Assembly: GCA_045403145.1 (NCBI GenBank)
Contig: JAXIPA010000177.1
Location: forward strand, 1 to 62,935
DNA length: 62,935 bases
Source: Nitrospirota bacterium
Lineage (GTDB): Bacteria > Nitrospirota > UBA9217
Direction: 5' to 3'
Shown here: positions 1 to 8,441 of the stretch, piece by piece
How positions within the stretch are numbered: position 1 is the first letter of the stretch
Layout: each line of letters opens with the position of its first letter
Notes under the pieces: generated by a model
What the model was told of the DNA's origin: nothing
The model's database searches: none
Seen by the model: the letters and a program-made list of their open reading frames with translations, nothing else
Position numbers and translations under genes: made by a program

Positions 1-371
1 GGCACCGCCTCCTGCATGAAACGTCCGCGCTTTTGGACGAGGACGACGGCGTCCGCTAACGCGAATCCGCCCGCGGCGGTGATCGCCGTATATTCACCGA
101 GACTGTGGCCCGCTGCGGCCGCCGCGGACAAACCCCGGCGCTCAAGGGGCCTGAGAATCGCGATGCTCGCAGCGAGGATCGCGGGCTGCGTGTTTTCGGT
201 GAGGTTCAGCTTTTCAACGGGGCCCTGCATGCAGAGTTCGGCGAGGTCATAGCCGAGCGCGGAGCCTGCGATGTCGAAGACCTCTCGTGACTCCGGGAAC
301 TGCTCGATGAATTCCTTGGCCATGCCCGCGTACTGGGAGCCCTGGCCGGGGAAGAGGAATGCGATTTTCAT
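1..371 (-). CDS. fabD: malonyl-CoA:ACP transacylase FabD, N-terminal part (3' end lies beyond the window edge)
   Basis: Not in the ORF track because it runs off the window. Reverse translation from the ATG at 371..369 gives MKIAFLFPGQGSQYAGMAKEFIEQFPES...AAAGHSLGEYTAITAAG. This is a FabD N-terminus with the GHSLGE active-site serine motif. Confidence 0.85.
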   Translation of the reverse strand, partial: MKIAFLFPGQGSQYAGMAKEFIEQFPESREVFDIAGSALGYDLAELCMQGPVEKLNLTENTQPAILAASIAILRPLERRGLSAAAAAGHSLGEYTAITAAGGFALADAVVLVQKRGRFMQEAV

Positions 372-410
372 GCTGTGTCCAGTTTGTGCTCTTGATAAAG
401 GCGAATTAAA

Positions 411-485
411 ATTGCGGAGTGCAAAATGCAAATTTTAAAATGAGAAGAACCTTTTTGCATTTTTCACTTTGCCTTTTGCATTGCC
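411..485. repeat. heptamer-periodic inverted repeat (TGCAAAR word family)
   Basis: The left arm ATTGCGG AGTGCAA AATGCAA is followed by an AT-rich loop. The right arm is TTTTGCA TTTTTCA CTTTGCC TTTTGCA. Located between the etfA stop and the fabD start. Confidence 0.7.
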
Positions 486-500
486 GCGCCAGGTGCGCGG

Positions 501-1691
501 TTACCCCCGCATTTCCCGGATCTTCTTGATCATGATAGGGAGAACTTCATGGACGTCGCCGACAATGCCGTAGGTCGCGACGTTGAAGATGGGCGCATCG
601 GGGTCCTTGTTGATGGCGACGATCACGTCCGACGACTGCATTCCGGCTACATGCTGGATCGCGCCGGAGATGCCGCAGGCGATGTAGAGCTTGGGACAGA
701 CGGTCTTGCCCGTCTGTCCGACCTGGTGCGGATAGGGGACCCATCCTTCGTCAACCGCTCCCCGGGTCGCGGCGACCGCCCCTCCGAGCGCTTTTGCCAG
801 TTCCGCGACCAGTTGGAAGTTCTTTGCGCTGCCGAGACCACGGCCGCCGGCGACAATGATGTCGGCTTCGCATATGTTCACGGTTTCGCCCAGTTCCTCG
901 ATGGTCTTGATGACCTTCGTGCGGAGCTCGCCGGATTGCGTGTACGTTATGTCGATGATGTCTCCGGTCCGGGAATCGTCGCGCGGCGCCGGTTTCATGA
1001 CCTTGTGCCGGACCGTGGCCATCTGGGGACGGTGGTTCGGCGTTACGATGGTGGCCATGATGTTGCCTCCGAAGGCCGGCCGGGTCTGGTGCAGATGGCC
1101 GGTCCCGGCATCGATGTCGAGGACCGTGCAATCGGCGGTCAGGCCGGTGGAGAGCGCTGAGGCGACCTTGGGGAAGAAGGAGCGGCCGATGGCCGTGGCG
1201 CCGGCCAGGATGATTTCCGGTTTGTGCTTTCCGGCGAGCGTGGTCAGGATCGCCGCATAGGAATCGTCGTTGAAATCCTTGAGCGCCGGATCGTCGGCTA
1301 CGTATACGATGTCCGCTCCGTAAGCGATGAGCTCATTGGCCTTGGCCTTGATGCCGGAGCCGATAAACACGGCGGAGAGCTTCGTTTTTCGCTTGTCGGC
1401 AAGCTTTCTGCCTTCTCCCAGGAGCTCAAGGGCCACGCTTGCAACGTCTCCCTTATGCTGTTCGGCATAGACCCATACGCCCTTGTATGCGGACAGGTCG
1501 GCGGAGGGGGCGGCGGCCTCTTCCAGTTTCTCTATGGCCTTGAACTCGCAGACCTCGACGCAGGCGCCGCACATGGTGCAGGCCTCGGTGATGAAGGCCT
1601 TGCCCTCGCGCATTTCGATGGCGCCGAAGGGGCATGCCGTTACGCAGGTCTCGCAGCATGAACACTTATCCGATATGACTCGAACGCTCAC
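501..1691 (-). CDS. etfA: electron transfer flavoprotein alpha subunit (EtfA/FixB type) with N-terminal 2x[4Fe-4S] ferredoxin domain
   Basis: Taken from ORF 501..1955. Start trimmed to GTG 1691 (AAGGAG upstream) because the longer reading overlaps etfB. The N-terminus carries [12 protein letters not shown] and [12 protein letters not shown], two CxxCxxCxxxC cluster motifs. The rest is EtfA-like, including ...[16 protein letters not shown]... Confidence 0.85.
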   Translation of the reverse strand: MSVRVISDKCSCCETCVTACPFGAIEMREGKAFITEACTMCGACVEVCEFKAIEKLEEAAAPSADLSAYKGVWVYAEQHKGDVASVALELLGEGRKLADKRKTKLSAVFIGSGIKAKANELIAYGADIVYVADDPALKDFNDDSYAAILTTLAGKHKPEIILAGATAIGRSFFPKVASALSTGLTADCTVLDIDAGTGHLHQTRPAFGGNIMATIVTPNHRPQMATVRHKVMKPAPRDDSRTGDIIDITYTQSGELRTKVIKTIEELGETVNICEADIIVAGGRGLGSAKNFQLVAELAKALGGAVAATRGAVDEGWVPYPHQVGQTGKTVCPKLYIACGISGAIQHVAGMQSSDVIVAINKDPDAPIFNVATYGIVGDVHEVLPIMIKKIREMRG

Positions 1692-1705
1692 AGTGAACTC
1701 CTTGA

Positions 1706-1777
1706 ATATCAGAAGCCAGGAGCCAGCAGCCAGAAGGAAAAGGGATAAATATCCATTCTGACTCCTGGCTCCTGCAG
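1706..1777. repeat. heptamer-periodic inverted repeat (CAGGAGY word family)
   Basis: ATATCAG AAGCCAG GAGCCAG CAGCCAG ... CTGACTC CTGGCTC CTGCAG. The core CAGGAGCCAG pairs with CTGGCTCCTG. Located between the etfB stop and the etfA start. Confidence 0.7.
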
Positions 1778-2563
1778 TTATATCAGCGACTGTTTTTTCA
1801 GCTTCCGGACTACCGTTGTAATCTGCTCCTCCATGCTGCCGGTCAGGATCTCTCTCTGGCCGCGGGGGGCAGGTGGAAATATCTTCACGACCTTCGTGGG
1901 TGAACCCTTGAGTCCGCATTTGCTCTCGTCGGCGCCGATATCTTTGGCGTTCCAACTCGTCACGTTAAGGTTCTTGGCTTTCATCTTGCCTTTGAGCGAG
2001 GGCAGTCTCGGCTCGTTGATCTCCTTTACCACGGTGATGAGCGCGGGAAGGGAGGTTTCGACGACGTCATAGCCGTCGTCCATGAGGCGTTCAGCCACCA
2101 TCTTCTTTCCCTGGACCTGCTCGATCTTCCTTATATATGCGACAAAAGGAACTCCGAGCATGTCGGCGGTCTCGGGCCCGACCTGGGCCGTGTCCCCGTC
2201 GATAGCCTGCTTGCCGGCGATGATGAGGTCGTAATCGCCGATCTTCTTAATGCCCTGCGAGATGGCGTACGATGTGGCCCAGGTGTCGGCCCCGGCAAAG
2301 GACCGGTCGGACAGGAGCACGACGTCGTCTACGCCCAGGGAAACGGCTTCCTTGAGCGCTTCGGCGGCCTGGGGAGGTCCCATGGTAACAGCCGTCACCC
2401 TGCCGCCGTGTTTTTCACGGAGGCGAAGCGCTTCTTCGATGGCGTACCTGTCAAAGGGGTTGATGATGCTCGGAACCCCGTCGCGGATGAGCGTATTGGT
2501 CTCGCGGTTGATCCTGACTTCCGATGTGTCCGGGACCTGTTTGATGAGGACGATGATGTTCAT
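1778..2563 (-). CDS. etfB: electron transfer flavoprotein beta subunit (clostridial/bifurcating-like)
   Basis: 261 aa. It starts MNIIVLIKQVPDT and contains TMGPPQA, FAGADTWATS and AGKQAIDGDTAQVGP. From memory it is collinear with clostridial EtfB. Confidence 0.9.
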   Translation of the reverse strand: MNIIVLIKQVPDTSEVRINRETNTLIRDGVPSIINPFDRYAIEEALRLREKHGGRVTAVTMGPPQAAEALKEAVSLGVDDVVLLSDRSFAGADTWATSYAISQGIKKIGDYDLIIAGKQAIDGDTAQVGPETADMLGVPFVAYIRKIEQVQGKKMVAERLMDDGYDVVETSLPALITVVKEINEPRLPSLKGKMKAKNLNVTSWNAKDIGADESKCGLKGSPTKVVKIFPPAPRGQREILTGSMEEQITTVVRKLKKQSLI

Positions 2564-2589
2564 GCGATTTTCTCCGAAAAAAACGGTTT

Positions 2590-2661
2590 AACCACAGATG
2601 AACACGGTAAAATATAAAATCTGAAATTCTTTACCGTGTTAATCTGTGTTTATCCGTGGTT
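2590..2661. repeat. long imperfect inverted repeat
   Basis: AACCACAGATGAACACGGTAAA ... TTTACCGTGTTAATCTGTGTTTATCCGTGGTT. The right arm has a ~10-nt internal duplication. Located between the acd stop and the etfB start. Confidence 0.75.
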
Positions 2662-2668
2662 TCGAAAA

Positions 2669-3826
2669 TTACTTTGCCCTCGTCGCTTCCCTGATCATGT
2701 CGAGGGCGATGACGTTGCGCTGGATCTGGTTGGTGCCTTCGAAAATCTGAAGGATCTTGGCATCCCGCATCATCTTCTCGACGGGGTATTCCTTCATATA
2801 TCCCGAGCCGCCCATGACCTGAACCGCGTCAGTGGTCACCTTCATGGCCACGTCGGTAGCGAAGAGTTTTGCCATGGCGGAACCGCGGGACACGTCTTTG
2901 GCCCCTGAGTCGATAAACCGCGCGACGGAGTACACAAGGGAGCGGGCTGCTTCGGTCATGGTCTGCATGTCGGCGAGCATGTGCTGGACGGCCTGAAACG
3001 ACGTTACGGGCTGGCCGAACTGCACCCGCTGTTTGGCGAATTTGACAGCCTCGTCGATGGCCCCCTGCGCAAGCCCGACGCCCTGGGCGCCCACGCCGGT
3101 GCGGGAGCTGTCGAGGGTCTTCATGGCGACGATGAAACCCATGCCTTCCTTTGCGATCAGGTTTTCCTTCGGAATGCGGCAGTTGTTGAAAATGAGCTCC
3201 GTCGTCGATGACGCGCGGATGCCCATCTTGTTCTCTTTTTTGCCGAAGGTGAAGCCGGGCGCGCCTTTTTCCACGATGAAGGCCGATGCGCCGCGGGGGC
3301 CCTTTGTTTTGTCGGTGATGGCAATGACGGTATAGACGTCGGCCTCACCGCCGTTCGTGATCCACTGCTTGGTGCCGTTCAGCACGTATTCATTGCCGTC
3401 GAGCCTGGCCGTGGTCTGCACCCCGCTGGCGTCGCTGCCGGCGTTGGCCTCGGTGAGGCCGAAGGCCACGAGTTTCTTTCCCAACGCGATATCGGGGAGA
3501 TACTTCTTCTTCTGAGCCTCGGAGCCGTTCAGCAGGATGGGGAAGGTGCCGAGCGCGTTTGCCGCATAGCTCGTTGAGACCCCGACGCACGCCTTGGACA
3601 GCTCTTCGACGGTGATGCAGAGTTCCAGGCTCTTTTTCCCGAGGCCGCCGTATTCTTCAGGGATGAAGATTCCGAAAAGATCCGCCTGGGCAATGGCCTT
3701 CATGATCTCCGTGGGAAATTTATTATGTTCGTCGAGTTCGGCGCGAACGGGAACGATCTTCTCCTGGGCGATCTGCCGGGCAAGGTCGCGTATCATGATC
3801 TGTTCTTCTGTCAGCAAATAATCCAT
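2669..3826 (-). CDS. acyl-CoA dehydrogenase (butyryl-CoA dehydrogenase-like)
   Basis: 385 aa. Contains LTEANAGSDA and a C-terminal IFEGTNQIQRNVIA with the catalytic Glu context. Length and layout are typical of short-chain ACAD/Bcd enzymes. Confidence 0.85.
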   Translation of the reverse strand: MDYLLTEEQIMIRDLARQIAQEKIVPVRAELDEHNKFPTEIMKAIAQADLFGIFIPEEYGGLGKKSLELCITVEELSKACVGVSTSYAANALGTFPILLNGSEAQKKKYLPDIALGKKLVAFGLTEANAGSDASGVQTTARLDGNEYVLNGTKQWITNGGEADVYTVIAITDKTKGPRGASAFIVEKGAPGFTFGKKENKMGIRASSTTELIFNNCRIPKENLIAKEGMGFIVAMKTLDSSRTGVGAQGVGLAQGAIDEAVKFAKQRVQFGQPVTSFQAVQHMLADMQTMTEAARSLVYSVARFIDSGAKDVSRGSAMAKLFATDVAMKVTTDAVQVMGGSGYMKEYPVEKMMRDAKILQIFEGTNQIQRNVIALDMIREATRAK

Positions 3827-3842
3827 TGAAACCCCCTAAATA

Positions 3843-3933
3843 ATTTCAAAGTTCAAATTGTAAATTGCAAAATGGATGACTTATTGATCAGCTTAACCAA
3901 ATTTGCACTTTGCATTTTGCAATATGCAATGCC
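3843..3933. repeat. heptamer-periodic inverted repeat (TGCAAAR word family)
   Basis: ATTTCAA AGTTCAA ATTGTAA ATTGCAA AATGG ... AAATTTG CACTTTG CATTTTG CAATATG CAATGCC. Located between the fabH stop and the acd start. Confidence 0.7.
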
Positions 3934-3942
3934 TTCCCGCGC

Positions 3943-4923
3943 TCACCACCGCACCAAAGCAGACGCCCAGGTAAGGCCTCCGCCGAACGCCTCGAACAGA
4001 AGCAGGTGGTTTTCCCTGATCCTGCCGTCGCGTACCGCTTCGTCAAGGGCCATGGGAATGGAGGCAGCCGAGGTGTTGCCGTATTTGGGCAGCGTGAGCA
4101 CGACTTTTTCCATGGGCATGTTAAGGCGCTGCGCCATGGCCTGGATGATCCTCAGGTTCGCCTGGTGAGGCACGAGAAAATCGATCTCTTCCGCCCTGAC
4201 TTTGTTATGCTTCAGGGTCTCCTGCACCGCGCCCTCGAGCGCCCGCACGGCCGCTTTGAACGTTTCATTGCCCTTCATCCTGATGAAGTGCATTCGCCTG
4301 CGGATGGTATCGTGGGACGCCGGGTGCTGGGCGCCGCCGGCGGGAACATGGATCAAGTCTCCCAGCGAGCCGTCGGAATGCAGGTGGGTCGAAAGGATCC
4401 CGCGTTTGCCCGCGTAACGCTGAAGGACCACCGCGCCCGCGCCGTCTCCAAAGAGGATGCAGGTCGTACGGTCCTCCCAGTCCGTGAAGCGCGAGAGGAT
4501 CTCGGCGCCGACCAGCAGGATGTTTTTGTACATGCCGGACCTGATGAAAGCGTCCGCCACGGACATCCCGTAGATGAACCCGGAGCATGCGGCTGCGATA
4601 TCGAAGGCGGCCGCTTTTTTGGCGCCGAGCTTTTCCTGAAGCACGCAGCTCATGCTCGGCAGGATCATGTCGGGCGTCATGGTCGCTACCAGGATCAGAT
4701 CAAGCTCCTCCGCCCTGAGGCCCGCGGCTTTGAGGGCCTTTCTGCCCGCCTCGTAGGCCAGGTCGGAAGTGGTCTGCCCCGTTTCGGCGATTCTGCGTTC
4801 TTTGATGCCGGTGCGCTCAATGATCCAATCGTCGTTCGTATCGACGAGCTTTTCTAGGTCATGGTTGGTCATGACCTTCTTCGGCGCGTACGAGCCGGTG
4901 CCTGTAATCCGTGCATGGATCAT
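3943..4923 (-). CDS. fabH: 3-oxoacyl-ACP synthase III
   Basis: 326 aa. Contains ITGTGSYAPKKVMTNHDLEKLVDTNDDWIIERTGIKERR, the active-site context AACSGF, HQANLRI and GNTSAAS. Confidence 0.92.
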   Translation of the reverse strand: MIHARITGTGSYAPKKVMTNHDLEKLVDTNDDWIIERTGIKERRIAETGQTTSDLAYEAGRKALKAAGLRAEELDLILVATMTPDMILPSMSCVLQEKLGAKKAAAFDIAAACSGFIYGMSVADAFIRSGMYKNILLVGAEILSRFTDWEDRTTCILFGDGAGAVVLQRYAGKRGILSTHLHSDGSLGDLIHVPAGGAQHPASHDTIRRRMHFIRMKGNETFKAAVRALEGAVQETLKHNKVRAEEIDFLVPHQANLRIIQAMAQRLNMPMEKVVLTLPKYGNTSAASIPMALDEAVRDGRIRENHLLLFEAFGGGLTWASALVRW

Positions 4924-5936
4924 TTGGTTCTGGTCAGCTCCATATTTTTTTCGATGTCCTCGTGAACGTGCTTGTTGACATCGCTCTTCGCGAGTTCGGC
5001 GGCAACGCGCACGGCGTTTTTAATGGCCCGGTCGCTCGAACGGCCGTGACTGATGATGCTGATGCCGTTGATGCCGACCAGGGGCGCGCCGCCGTATTCC
5101 GCATAATCGACGCGACGCTTGAGGTTCTGGAACGCCGGACGCACCAGCAAATAGCCGATTTTTCTGATCAGGCTCTTCTCGATGTCCGTCCTGAGGAAAA
5201 GCCCGATGGTTTCCGCAACGGCCTCGGAGACCTTGAGCACGACGTTGCCGATGAAGCCGTCGCAGACGATCACGTCCGCCTTGCCCGACATGACATCACG
5301 CCCCTCGACATTTCCGATAAAATTGAGCGAAGTCTCGGTCAGGAGCTTGAAGGCCTCTTTCGTCAGTTCGTTCCCTTTGGTTTCCTCTTCGCCGATGGAC
5401 AGAAGGCCCACGCGGGGACTGGCGATCTTCAGCAGGTATTTCGCATAGACCTCGCCCATGACCGCGAACTGAAGGAGGTGGTTCGGCTTGCAATCCACGT
5501 TCGCGCCCATGTCCAGGATGATGGACGTCCCCTTGACCGTCGGCATGAAGGTGGCAATGGCCGGCCGTTCGACCCCTTCGAGTTTGCCGAGCACCAGGAG
5601 CGAGGTGGCCATGGCCGCGCCTGTGTGTCCGGCGCTGATGACGGCTACGGCCTCGCCGTTTTTTACGAGTTCGTTTGCGACGCGGATGGACGAGTCCTTT
5701 TTCCTGCGGAAGACCGTAACGGGGGAGTCGAGCATGTCCACCACTTCCGAGGCGTTCCGGACTGTGACGGGAAGAGTTTTCGCCTGAGGGTGCTTTTCAA
5801 GCTCTTCCCGGACAACCTGTTCAATGCCCACCAGGATGATGCCGACGCCGTACTCTTTTGCCGCTTGCACCGCGCCGGCGACAACGGCTTGCGGCGCGTT
5901 GTCCCCCCCCATCGCATCAACGGCAATCCTCATCAT
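4920..5936 (-). CDS. plsX: phosphate:acyl-ACP acyltransferase PlsX
   Basis: 338 aa, starting MRIAVDAMGGDNAP and containing ISAGHTGA. It has a 4-nt overlap with fabH and the conserved rpmF-plsX-fabH neighbourhood. Confidence 0.92.
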   Translation of the reverse strand: MMRIAVDAMGGDNAPQAVVAGAVQAAKEYGVGIILVGIEQVVREELEKHPQAKTLPVTVRNASEVVDMLDSPVTVFRRKKDSSIRVANELVKNGEAVAVISAGHTGAAMATSLLVLGKLEGVERPAIATFMPTVKGTSIILDMGANVDCKPNHLLQFAVMGEVYAKYLLKIASPRVGLLSIGEEETKGNELTKEAFKLLTETSLNFIGNVEGRDVMSGKADVIVCDGFIGNVVLKVSEAVAETIGLFLRTDIEKSLIRKIGYLLVRPAFQNLKRRVDYAEYGGAPLVGINGISIISHGRSSDRAIKNAVRVAAELAKSDVNKHVHEDIEKNMELTRTK

Positions 5937-5945
5937 GACTCCCTA

Positions 5946-5997
5946 CAATATAAAAGGCAAAGGGCCATACCGAATAGACAGTATCATCCCTTTGCCT
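5946..5997 (-). terminator. stem-loop with U-rich tail between rpmF and plsX (possible partial terminator or attenuator)
   Basis: On the minus-strand transcript: AGGCAAAGGG, a 23-nt loop, CCCTTTGCCT, then TTTATATTG. The 10-bp stem is perfect (5955..5964 pairs with 5988..5997). Confidence 0.4.
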
Positions 5998-6012
5998 CTG
6001 AGCAAACGCCCT

Positions 6013-6195
6013 TTATATCTGCTGGACAGTTACGATCTCACGGCCGTTGTAAGTGCCGCATGACAGGCAGGCATGATGGGGCTTCTTGACTTCCTGGCAC
6101 TGCGGGCATACCGCAAGGTTCGGCGCCTTGAGGTGTTTGTGGGTGCGTCTTTTGTCCCTGCGGGACTTGGAATGTCTGCGTTTCGGGTTTGCCAT
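6013..6195 (-). CDS. rpmF: 50S ribosomal protein L32
   Basis: 60 aa, MANPKRRHSKSRRDKRRTH...CPQC...CLSCG. This is the L32 signature with a zinc ribbon. Confidence 0.95.
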   Translation of the reverse strand: MANPKRRHSKSRRDKRRTHKHLKAPNLAVCPQCQEVKKPHHACLSCGTYNGREIVTVQQI

Positions 6196-6214
6196 GGGTG
6201 TGTAAGGCTCCTTT

Positions 6215-6730
6215 TTATTTTTTCAATAAATCTTTCAACACTGAAAATGCACCGAAGTCGCCCGGTGCATTCCGCTGATGACCGCACTCTTTTTTGTTCA
6301 GGTCCGTTCCACAGACGCTGCACAGACCCTTGCACGCGGGGCTGTGGAGCGGAACCATGGGGATGGAGATGAGCAGCTGTTCTTTTATTATGCCGAGAGG
6401 GTCTATTTCATCGCCCTCGTAAAACTCCACGTCGAGCTCGCCGCCGGCGAGTTCATGCTCCCCCTCGGCGCCCAGGGAACTCACTGGAGCGAGGTCGACA
6501 TTCAGGTCGGTGTCGATACCGAAAACAAATCCTTCCAAACAACGGCTGCATTCGAGCACCGGGGCCGACTGCACCCGACCCGAGATATGCAGGATGCCGC
6601 TTCCCGCCGGCTTGATGCTGAGAACCGCGGTAAACTCCGTGGATGCCGTTCCGCGATCGAACAGATCGAGCTTTCGAACCAGCTCAAGCGTCAGCCCCCC
6701 TGGCGGTATATCGTTGATTTTGATGCCCAT
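6215..6730 (-). CDS. yceD: DUF177/YceD family protein (23S rRNA accumulation protein-like)
   Basis: Start moved to ATG 6730 (MGIKINDIPPGG..., GGGAG upstream). C-terminal CKGLCSVCGTDLNKKECGH motif. It sits in the conserved position upstream of rpmF. Confidence 0.8.
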   Translation of the reverse strand: MGIKINDIPPGGLTLELVRKLDLFDRGTASTEFTAVLSIKPAGSGILHISGRVQSAPVLECSRCLEGFVFGIDTDLNVDLAPVSSLGAEGEHELAGGELDVEFYEGDEIDPLGIIKEQLLISIPMVPLHSPACKGLCSVCGTDLNKKECGHQRNAPGDFGAFSVLKDLLKK

Positions 6731-6876
6731 TTCTTTTGCTCCCGGGGCTGTAAGTGACGAATTATATAGAGAAGCTCCCGATTTGTCAAGAAGAAATACG
6801 GGGAAAGGACGATGGACATCGGGGTTTTGGTGCAAAGGGAGGGCCGACATGCGGCGCCTTTCGTACGCCTGCCGCC

Positions 6877-8109
6877 TTACTTTTCACTCTCTACGGTTAC
6901 GTTCGGTCCTCCGCCTCGCACCCTGGCGAGCAATACCAGGCCGGTAATAAACAGGAAGGCCACGGAGAGGATCGCAGGCCGCTGGCTGCCGAAGGCGGAC
7001 GATACGGCGCCGAAGAGCAGCGGGCCCATGATGGCGGAAGATTTTCCCACGAGGGAATAGACTCCGAAATATTCCGCCTCCCTGCCCGACGGCACAAACT
7101 GGGTGTAGAAGGCGCGTGTGCCGGCCTGTACCGACCCGAGCCCCAGCCCGGCAATGCAGGCTATCATCCAGAACTGCAGCTTGGTCTGTACAAAAAAAGC
7201 GGAGATCACAACCAGCGTCCAGAGGACGAGAGAAAGCATGACGACTTTCTTCGGTCCCCAGAAGTCAACGGGCTTTGCCAGGAGAAAAGCGCCTGTAAGG
7301 GCCGTTACCTGGATGGTGAGGTAAAGGCCGATGAGTTCTTTTGTCCCGAAGTGCAGGGTCGTTGCCGCGAAGATGCTCGAAAAGACGATGACGGTATTGA
7401 CGCCGTCTTCATAGAACAGATAGGCGATAAGAAATTTTTTCGCCTCCCTGCGGTGCCAGAGTTCCTTGAGGGTCCGCCAGGCCTGTTTTAGGCCTTTGAT
7501 GCCGGCCTGCGCCGCGGGAAGGCCCGCCGGGATGTCAGCTGGCAGGAACAGGAAGGCGGGAAGGGAGAACAGAGCGAAGAAGGCGGCAGTGAGCAGCCAG
7601 GTGAGCCCGTATTGCCCGCTCTGCACCAGCGGCATCGCGATCAGGAGCGCGGTGATCGACCCCGAGTATCCGATGCTGTAACCCCAGCTTGATATCCTGC
7701 CCTGGTAGTCGGCGGGCGCGATGCGGGGAAGGAAGGAATTGTAAAAAACCAGACCGCCCTCCATTCCGACGTTTGCGCAGACTACCAGGATGAATCCTGC
7801 TACTACTGCACCGGGGGAAAGGAGGGAAAACCCGGATACCGCGGCAACACATACCATGGTATAGATGGCCAGGAGTTTCTTCCGCACGCCCGCGTAGTCT
7901 GCGATGCCCCCCATGAACGGCGACGACAGGGCGATGAGGAGCATGCTGAGGGATATGGCCCGTCCCCACCAGAGGTCTCCCTCGCCGGTACGGTTTCCGA
8001 CGATGACATTTGCGAAATACACGGGAAAGATGGCGGCGGAGATCACGGCCGAGTAGCTTGAGTTCGCAAAATCGAAGAGACACCAGCTGAGCACCTGTTT
8101 TTTATTCAT
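6877..8109 (-). CDS. MFS transporter, UMF1 (Atg22-like) family
   Basis: About 410 aa and polytopic. The N-terminus MNKKQVLSWCLFDFANSSYS is typical of the UMF1 family. An alternative start at 8130 is possible. Confidence 0.7.
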   Translation of the reverse strand: MNKKQVLSWCLFDFANSSYSAVISAAIFPVYFANVIVGNRTGEGDLWWGRAISLSMLLIALSSPFMGGIADYAGVRKKLLAIYTMVCVAAVSGFSLLSPGAVVAGFILVVCANVGMEGGLVFYNSFLPRIAPADYQGRISSWGYSIGYSGSITALLIAMPLVQSGQYGLTWLLTAAFFALFSLPAFLFLPADIPAGLPAAQAGIKGLKQAWRTLKELWHRREAKKFLIAYLFYEDGVNTVIVFSSIFAATTLHFGTKELIGLYLTIQVTALTGAFLLAKPVDFWGPKKVVMLSLVLWTLVVISAFFVQTKLQFWMIACIAGLGLGSVQAGTRAFYTQFVPSGREAEYFGVYSLVGKSSAIMGPLLFGAVSSAFGSQRPAILSVAFLFITGLVLLARVRGGGPNVTVESEK

Positions 8110-8382
8110 GGAATGTCCCCTGACTTTCAATTCAACCGGATTAGGCGCGCAGGACGAAAAATACCGGAAAGCCCCGGTCCGTGTTTATTTCATTCTTCCG
8201 TAAGTATACCTGCAATTTCCCCTTCCGTATACTTCAATAATATATACTTCGCGACGGGGTCGGCCCCGTTAGAGAAAGCCGTCGATACTCGTCCGCGGCA
8301 GGTGTCTGCCATAAGAAATAATAAGAAATGGTTGTACAAAGCGTAATCTATTTTTCTTTAAAGGACTTGTTCTCTAACGGGG

Positions 8383-8411
8383 TTGACTTTTTGCGGCAAC
8401 TTCTTTATAGT
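8383..8411 (+). promoter_or_regulatory. sigma-70-like promoter TTGACT-N17-TATAGT
   Basis: TTGACT at 8383..8388, a 17-nt spacer, then TATAGT at 8406..8411. It lies 30 nt upstream of the GGAG-GTG start at 8442, inside the over-long ORF 8328..9095. Confidence 0.5.
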
Positions 8412-8441
8412 TTTTTAGCTTTTCATCGCGAGAGGAGAATC

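Noticed and set aside
1692-1955. An N-terminal extension of the etfA ORF (ATG at 1955).
   Set aside because: The extension would overlap etfB by about 180 nt and run through the 1706..1777 repeat. A GTG with AAGGAG at 1691 starts exactly at the ferredoxin domain.
3910-6089. Plus-strand ORFs of 315 aa and 392 aa opposite fabH and plsX.
   Set aside because: These are antisense shadows of two unambiguous lipid-synthesis genes.
6096-6112. A TGGCAC-N5-GCAT sigma-54-like match on the plus strand.
   Set aside because: It lies inside rpmF on the opposite strand, has no downstream plus-strand gene, and its -12 element is imperfect.
8249-8272. The ACGGGG-TCGG-CCCCGT hairpin between the MFS gene and the DUF4124 gene as a terminator.
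   Set aside because: The stem is only 6 bp with no flanking T- or A-run on either strand. The two neighbouring genes diverge from this region, so nothing needs terminating here.
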